Origin: Gemmatimonadota bacterium
GTDB lineage: Bacteria; Gemmatimonadota; Gemmatimonadetes; Gemmatimonadales; GWC2-71-9
Direction: 5' to 3'
NCBI GenBank assembly: GCA_039586365.1
Contig: JBDHKN010000002.1
Span: 1 to 64,000 of the forward strand
DNA: 64,000 nucleotides
The notes under the pieces are model-generated. The model ran no database searches and had not been told where the DNA came from. It saw nothing but the letters and a program-made list of their open reading frames with translations. Each line of letters opens with the position of its first letter. The stretch's first letter is position 1. This document shows positions 59,172 through 64,000 of the stretch, in pieces. A program made the translations under genes and the position numbers.

Positions 59172-60539
59172 TCAGACCGGCTGTGTCGCAGACCTGCGCC
59201 AGAGCCAAAACGCCGGCAAGCCAAGAAAGATTAGGCCCGATCCGATTGCCGCGTTAGCCGGATTGGAAAGCACAGAACTGACTACCACGTATAGAGCGGC
59301 CACCACAAACAGGCCCGGGACCCACGGATAGCCCGGCGTCCGAAAGCCGCTCGGCAAATCTCGGCGCCCGTTCGGCTCTCGATACCGAAAAACGAACACG
59401 GTCGCGCCACAGAGGCCAAAGAAGATCCAGTCACCGAACACCACGTAATCGAGCAACTGGCCGTAAGTCCCACTGAGTGTCAGCAGAATCGCCCAGACCG
59501 CCTGGAAGACTATCGCAACGCTGGGCGTTCTGAAGCGCTCGTGTAGCTGCGCTGCGCGACGGAAGAACACCCCGTCTCGCGCCATAGCCTGGTACACCCG
59601 CGGCGTTACCAGAATCACGAGGTTGAGGAATCCGAACGTCGAAACAGCAATGCCCGCCGCAATGAACGTTGCCCCGTGACGGCCAACTGTGCGAGTCATC
59701 ACATCGGCGGCTGGAGCCAGGCTGCCAGCCAGGCCTGGGACTCCGAGCTGACGGACATAGACGATGTTGGCCATGACATAGACGAGGACGACTCCAGCCA
59801 CCCCGAGTATCAATGCTCGAGGTAGCGTACGCTCCGACTCGATGATTTCCTCCGCGACGAAGTTGGTTTGCTGCCAGCCACCGTATGCGAACAGTACCGG
59901 GATCAACGCCACACCGATGGCTGCTGCGAGGCCGCCCGGTCCACTTGGGTTTGGGAGACTGACCGACCCAGACACGGGAAGCGACGGTGCCCGTGCGATT
60001 GCTAGGCCAAGGATGATGAGACCGGCCAGCGCCACCAGTTTCAGGACGGTGAAGATGTTCTGAGTGGCAGCACCCGGACGCACTCCAGCATAGTTGATCA
60101 GCGACAGAATCACGATTGCGCCTATGGCGAGCGGTACCACAGATCTCTCACCTAGTCCTACCAGCACCGCGGCGTACCGCGCGAACGTCACTGCCACCGC
60201 CGCGATCGCCCCCGTCGCGATTACCAGAAGCAGGGTCCAACCGTAAAGGAAGGCCGGTAGCGGGCCAAAGGCATCACGGAGGTAGACGTATCCACCTCCG
60301 GCACGCGGACGTCGTGCGCCAAGCTCAGCGAAACAAAAAGCCCCGGCGAGGGCTATCGCACCACCGATCACCCACACCCCAACCGTCAGAACTCCGCTCC
60401 CGACCCGTTGAGCTACGATAGCAGGATTGAGGAAGATGCCGGCACCGATGATCCCACCCATAACCAGCATGGTAGCGTCGAACAACCCCAAGCGACGCGC
60501 GTACTCAGCACGGGGATGTGAAGGTCCGTGTGGTCTCAC
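59172..60539 (-). CDS. APC-family amino acid permease
   Basis: GGIIGAGIF, AELG..PRAGGGYVY, FAYGGWQ; about 12 TM; start uncertain. Confidence 0.92.
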   Translation of the reverse strand: MRPHGPSHPRAEYARRLGLFDATMLVMGGIIGAGIFLNPAIVAQRVGSGVLTVGVWVIGGAIALAGAFCFAELGARRPRAGGGYVYLRDAFGPLPAFLYGWTLLLVIATGAIAAVAVTFARYAAVLVGLGERSVVPLAIGAIVILSLINYAGVRPGAATQNIFTVLKLVALAGLIILGLAIARAPSLPVSGSVSLPNPSGPGGLAAAIGVALIPVLFAYGGWQQTNFVAEEIIESERTLPRALILGVAGVVLVYVMANIVYVRQLGVPGLAGSLAPAADVMTRTVGRHGATFIAAGIAVSTFGFLNLVILVTPRVYQAMARDGVFFRRAAQLHERFRTPSVAIVFQAVWAILLTLSGTYGQLLDYVVFGDWIFFGLCGATVFVFRYREPNGRRDLPSGFRTPGYPWVPGLFVVAALYVVVSSVLSNPANAAIGSGLIFLGLPAFWLWRRSATQPV

Positions 60540-60543
60540 TGCC

Positions 60544-60879
60544 TCACCTTGAGAGGCTCCCTCGCCGCGGCCTCCAGCGATGTCTGGTGAGATCGATTCG
60601 ATCCTCCTCGTCAAAGTGCACGCCTTCAGCCTCGAGCAACGCTCGCTGCACAGCTCCGTGACCCACTTCTGAGCGCCTACTCACCTGCCCTTTGGCGTTG
60701 ACCACCCTATGCCACGGCACATCGTTCTGGTCCGGTAACGCACTCAACGCATAACCCACTTGCCGGGCATGCCCGGGGAGCAACACCAGGTCAGCCACCT
60801 GACCATAGGTCGCCACGCGCCCTGCTGGAATGCGCCTTATGACCGCGTAGATACGCTGATAAACGCCGTGAGTTGCCAC
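60544..60879 (-). CDS. Alkyltransferase-like protein (ATL, MGMT family)
   Basis: IPAGRVATYGQVA, ARQVG, PWHRV (Trp replaces the catalytic Cys). Confidence 0.92.
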   Translation of the reverse strand: MATHGVYQRIYAVIRRIPAGRVATYGQVADLVLLPGHARQVGYALSALPDQNDVPWHRVVNAKGQVSRRSEVGHGAVQRALLEAEGVHFDEEDRIDLTRHRWRPRRGSLSR

Positions 60880-60882
60880 GGC

Positions 60883-61089
60883 CTACTCCAGTTCGATATC
60901 TCCTTCGATGACCTTCTTGAGCGGCAGCCCGTCGATTTCGAGCGTAGCGCGAGCCCGGAGAGTCTCGCCACCTTTGAGACCACCGCCTCGGACCGCCTCG
61001 TCTACCGCCTTTTCGATCTCGCGCTGCCCCGTGATACCAAAGGTCTTCAGAAACTGCCGCATCGTGAGGTTGAACTTCTCTTCGTTCAT
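60883..61089 (-). CDS. Small conserved hypothetical protein (DUF6494-like)
   Basis: MNEEKFN..MRQFLK.FGITGQREIEKAV; RBS GGAGG. Confidence 0.75.
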   Translation of the reverse strand: MNEEKFNLTMRQFLKTFGITGQREIEKAVDEAVRGGGLKGGETLRARATLEIDGLPLKKVIEGDIELE

Positions 61090-61728
61090 GGGGCCTCCAA
61101 GACTTGAGAGAAGACAGGCGATAGCATCACAGGAATATGACCGCAGGGCAAGGAGGTTGCCAAACGCCTTGGGGTAGGTCGTCGGACAAGCGTGTACACC
61201 CTGCTAGAGTGCAGAACCAACTGCCGCCGGCCCCATCAGAGAACCATGCGGTCGCTGTTATGTCATGCTATGAACGCAGTTGTTGTCGAACCACCAGACT
61301 CCGCGCAACAGCCGGTACGTATGGATCTTGCATTAGTCACGGTTACCACCTAACTCCGTCTGCAGCGTCTGTTCTCGAGTGCGTTGAAGAGACATTTCCC
61401 TAACCGGAGACGGCGAACCCGGTCCGCTCTTGTCTTGCACCACATTGGCCGTCGCCGAACCCCTCTTGGCAAGTTGCTGAGCTGCTGGCTGTTCGCTGCC
61501 CGCTGAACACTACTGTCCTCTCGTAACTGACAGACTGCGCACTTCACATTAGCATATAATGCATATATATATAATCAATAGTGTCGCCACCCATGCGTTC
61601 CGGTGCCCTGGACCAGGCGCGACGTGAAGTCTGGGATTCTCCCTGGGAGGCGCCCGAAAAGCTCCCGGCGGTGGCACTGCCGCTCGGCGTGCGGCGTGAG
61701 TGGTCGAGGCCTTTCCTCGACGAACTCT

Positions 61729-61747
61729 TACATATATGGTATATGTA
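61729..61747. promoter_or_regulatory. AT-rich palindrome, candidate PadR operator
   Basis: TACATATA-TGG-TATATGTA about 35 nt upstream of the padR-like start. Confidence 0.45.
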
Positions 61748-61782
61748 TACATTACAACATCAACGGAATGACCGGACTCTAT

Positions 61783-62178
61783 ATGGCAGACAAGACTACT
61801 CAAGCATCCGACCGTGACGTAGAGGCAATGCTACCGTTGACACCGCTATCATTTCAGATCCTGCTGGCTCTAGTTGACAGCGAGCGCCACGGATACGGCA
61901 TCATGAAGGAGATCGAGCGGCGGACCAAGGGGGGAATGACGACAGCTACCGGCCCCCTTTACCTGGCGGCTCAACGTCTACTGGAAGCCGGACTGATAGC
62001 CGAATCCGACAAGCGACCAGCTCCGGAGTTGGACGACCAGCGGCGCAGGTACTACAGGCTGACGCCGTTCGGTAAGCGGGTTGCTGCTGCGGAGGTGAAG
62101 CGGATGGCTCATCTGGTAGATGTCGCCTTCGACAAAGACCTGGTTTCAGGCAAGATCAAGATTTCCGGGGGCGGCTAA
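61783..62178 (+). CDS. PadR-family transcriptional regulator
   Basis: ILLAL...HGYGIM, GPLY, RRYYRLT..G; start MADKTT. Confidence 0.92.
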   Translation: MADKTTQASDRDVEAMLPLTPLSFQILLALVDSERHGYGIMKEIERRTKGGMTTATGPLYLAAQRLLEAGLIAESDKRPAPELDDQRRRYYRLTPFGKRVAAAEVKRMAHLVDVAFDKDLVSGKIKISGGG

Positions 62179-62181
62179 GGA

Positions 62182-64000
62182 CTAGCTGCCCCTCGCCAAT
62201 ACCTGCTGAAACCTCGGGTGCTGTCGAATCCCCTTCCAAGCGGGGTGGACACTGAACCACTTCGTAGAGTAGCGGGACGGAACGCTCACCAGTATTTCTA
62301 CCTGATCGAGGGCCGTTTCGTACTCGCCTATCGCCGCGTAGATATGAGCGAGGCCGAACACATTGTCCGGTCCCTCCCACGCGTCGTTCGCTACTGAACG
62401 CAGCTCCACCCCCTTCAACCCCTCCCGCACCGCGGCGCTGTCACGTTTAAGCCCGGCATACGCTACGCCGAGGAGAGTGTGACAAATGGCGCAATCCGGC
62501 TCGGTCTCGATCCTCTGCTCGGTCGCGACCCGCAGGGAATCATAGTATGCCCTCGCCAGCCCCGACCGGCCCAACATCGAGTTCGCGTCGGCCAGTGCCA
62601 ACAAATACCTCTCGTAACGGCCTCCAATTGCCGCTGGAGGCAGATCCAACAGAGCCTGCCTGAGCTCACCGTTTACAAGCTTGAATCCCGCTAGGACTGG
62701 TTCCAAAGCCACGAGCTGCTCAACTACGTCCGTCAGTTCGCCGAGCCTTGCCCCTTCGTGCAACCAACCAACCGCCTCATCGATGTCTCCGAATTGGTTG
62801 AGCATCAGACAAGCCTTGAGGACATACGCGTCGGCCAGGTCGGGAGCCAATTGGATCGCTGCATCGAAGTAGCGGTCGGCCTTGCTGTAACTCCGCATCC
62901 TTAGATGCGTCTCGCCCAGGGCTATGAGCGCAGGTCGGTTGCGGGGATCCAACTCCAATATGTTCTCAAGGTTGGCTATCGCTTCATCCCACTGACCAAG
63001 TCGCCGCTGCAGGTGCGCCACCAGGTAGAGAGCGTCGAAATCATTCGGTCTGACCCGCCGAGCATCCGCTGCCAGCTCGAGCGCCCGGTCAAACTTGCCC
63101 AGCGCGTAGAGGTAGTTGGCCTGGGCGAGTACAGCCTCCGGTAGGTCGGGTGCGAGGGCAAGGGCTTTTTCCGCCGCGATACCTGCCCTCTCTACCCCGT
63201 CAAGACTTGCACCTCCGGTCATGCTTATGGCCACGAGAGCGTTCGCCAACCCCGCATATGCCAGAGCGAAGTTGCTATCCTGCTCAACTGCACGCTGATA
63301 CATCGTGGCGGCTCGGCGATTGTCATCGAGCATCGCGCTGCGATGGTAGAAGTGACTACCGCTAGCGTAGTAGCTCCACGCTTCCGGGTCGGCAGTCGGC
63401 TTGAACTCCAACGCCTTGCGTTCAGGGGCCAGAATCACGACGTCGAGCGCCCGACCGACCCGTTCGGCAATGTCCGATTGCAGCTGAAAAATCTCTCCCA
63501 ACGGAGCTTCATATGAGTCTGCCCAGAGGATTGACGCATCCGATACACGAACGAGTTCCGGACTCACTCGCACGAAAGTTCTACCGCCGTTCAACTCAGC
63601 TCGCTGTACCGAACCTCGCAGGAGATACTGCACTCCGAGATCACGTCCAATGGTGTTGATCGCCTGACCTCCGACGGATTCTTCGTCGGAGTGACGGTAG
63701 GCGACTACGGTTAGGCCGGACAGACCAGCCAATCTGTTCCGTATCGCTTCGGCTGTACCCTCGGCGAAGAACTCGTCGCCAGCCGAGCCCCGATCTTCGA
63801 ACGGCAATACTGCAAGCCGCGGGTGCCCGTCGCCCGCGACTGGCTCTCCGTCCCGCAACCACATACCCAGACTCCCGACGATGAGGAGTACAGCCATCGC
63901 CGCACCCACCACGATTCCCGTCGTGAACTTCGGTTGCAGCCGCACGATCGTATCTGGACGAGCATCTGTCCCGGCGGGAATCCGGGAATCGAGTGCCTGA
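62182..64000 (-). CDS. C-terminal part of a TM, TolB-like and TPR protein (5' end beyond the window; typical of Ser/Thr kinase or cyclase fusions)
   Basis: LAVLPF, LWAD.Y...IFQLQSDIA, multiple TPRs, HPRFQ; reading frame open to the window edge. Confidence 0.85.
   Translation of the reverse strand, partial: QALDSRIPAGTDARPDTIVRLQPKFTTGIVVGAAMAVLLIVGSLGMWLRDGEPVAGDGHPRLAVLPFEDRGSAGDEFFAEGTAEAIRNRLAGLSGLTVVAYRHSDEESVGGQAINTIGRDLGVQYLLRGSVQRAELNGGRTFVRVSPELVRVSDASILWADSYEAPLGEIFQLQSDIAERVGRALDVVILAPERKALEFKPTADPEAWSYYASGSHFYHRSAMLDDNRRAATMYQRAVEQDSNFALAYAGLANALVAISMTGGASLDGVERAGIAAEKALALAPDLPEAVLAQANYLYALGKFDRALELAADARRVRPNDFDALYLVAHLQRRLGQWDEAIANLENILELDPRNRPALIALGETHLRMRSYSKADRYFDAAIQLAPDLADAYVLKACLMLNQFGDIDEAVGWLHEGARLGELTDVVEQLVALEPVLAGFKLVNGELRQALLDLPPAAIGGRYERYLLALADANSMLGRSGLARAYYDSLRVATEQRIETEPDCAICHTLLGVAYAGLKRDSAAVREGLKGVELRSVANDAWEGPDNVFGLAHIYAAIGEYETALDQVEILVSVPSRYSTKWFSVHPAWKGIRQHPRFQQVLARGS

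Overview
GC-rich (roughly 60%, judged by eye) bacterial chromosomal window. Gene content is consistent with a Gemmatimonadota-like lineage, but that is inference and was not tested. Left to right it holds: (1) the 5' end of tuf with the Thr-Tyr-Gly-Thr tRNA cluster, and cysS; (2) a sigma54-type operon of two GcvH-like proteins, a heme-c sensor kinase, an NtrC-family regulator and an archaemetzincin; (3) a small secreted 4-Cys peptide with an ABC-type module; (4) five tandem PspB-like paralogs ahead of pspA, with ECF-type promoters; (5) uvrA and a cutA-TPR-macro-transglutaminase-ABC operon; (6) ccmE (CxxxY type), ccmF and ccmH, a frameshifted glpK, mtnA and housekeeping genes. (7) A ~25 kb respiratory island (31.8-57.2 kb) encodes ten multiheme cytochromes c (109 CxxCH motifs counted by hand), NrfC/NrfD, two CbcL-like proteins, a NapC-headed ~22-heme protein, a porin-cytochrome pair, two multiheme lipoproteins and two paralogous Rieske/cytochrome b/9-heme triads. 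The most striking observation is that one triad is canonical while the other has a cofactor-less pseudo-Rieske protein (all four Fe-S ligands and the Tat motif lost, disulfide Cys pair kept) and a cytochrome b lacking the PEWY Qo motif. This suggests an undescribed asymmetric or non-bifurcating bc-type complex. The window ends with lat, an APC permease, an ATL, a PadR regulator and a partial TPR protein. No mobile elements or CRISPR arrays were seen.
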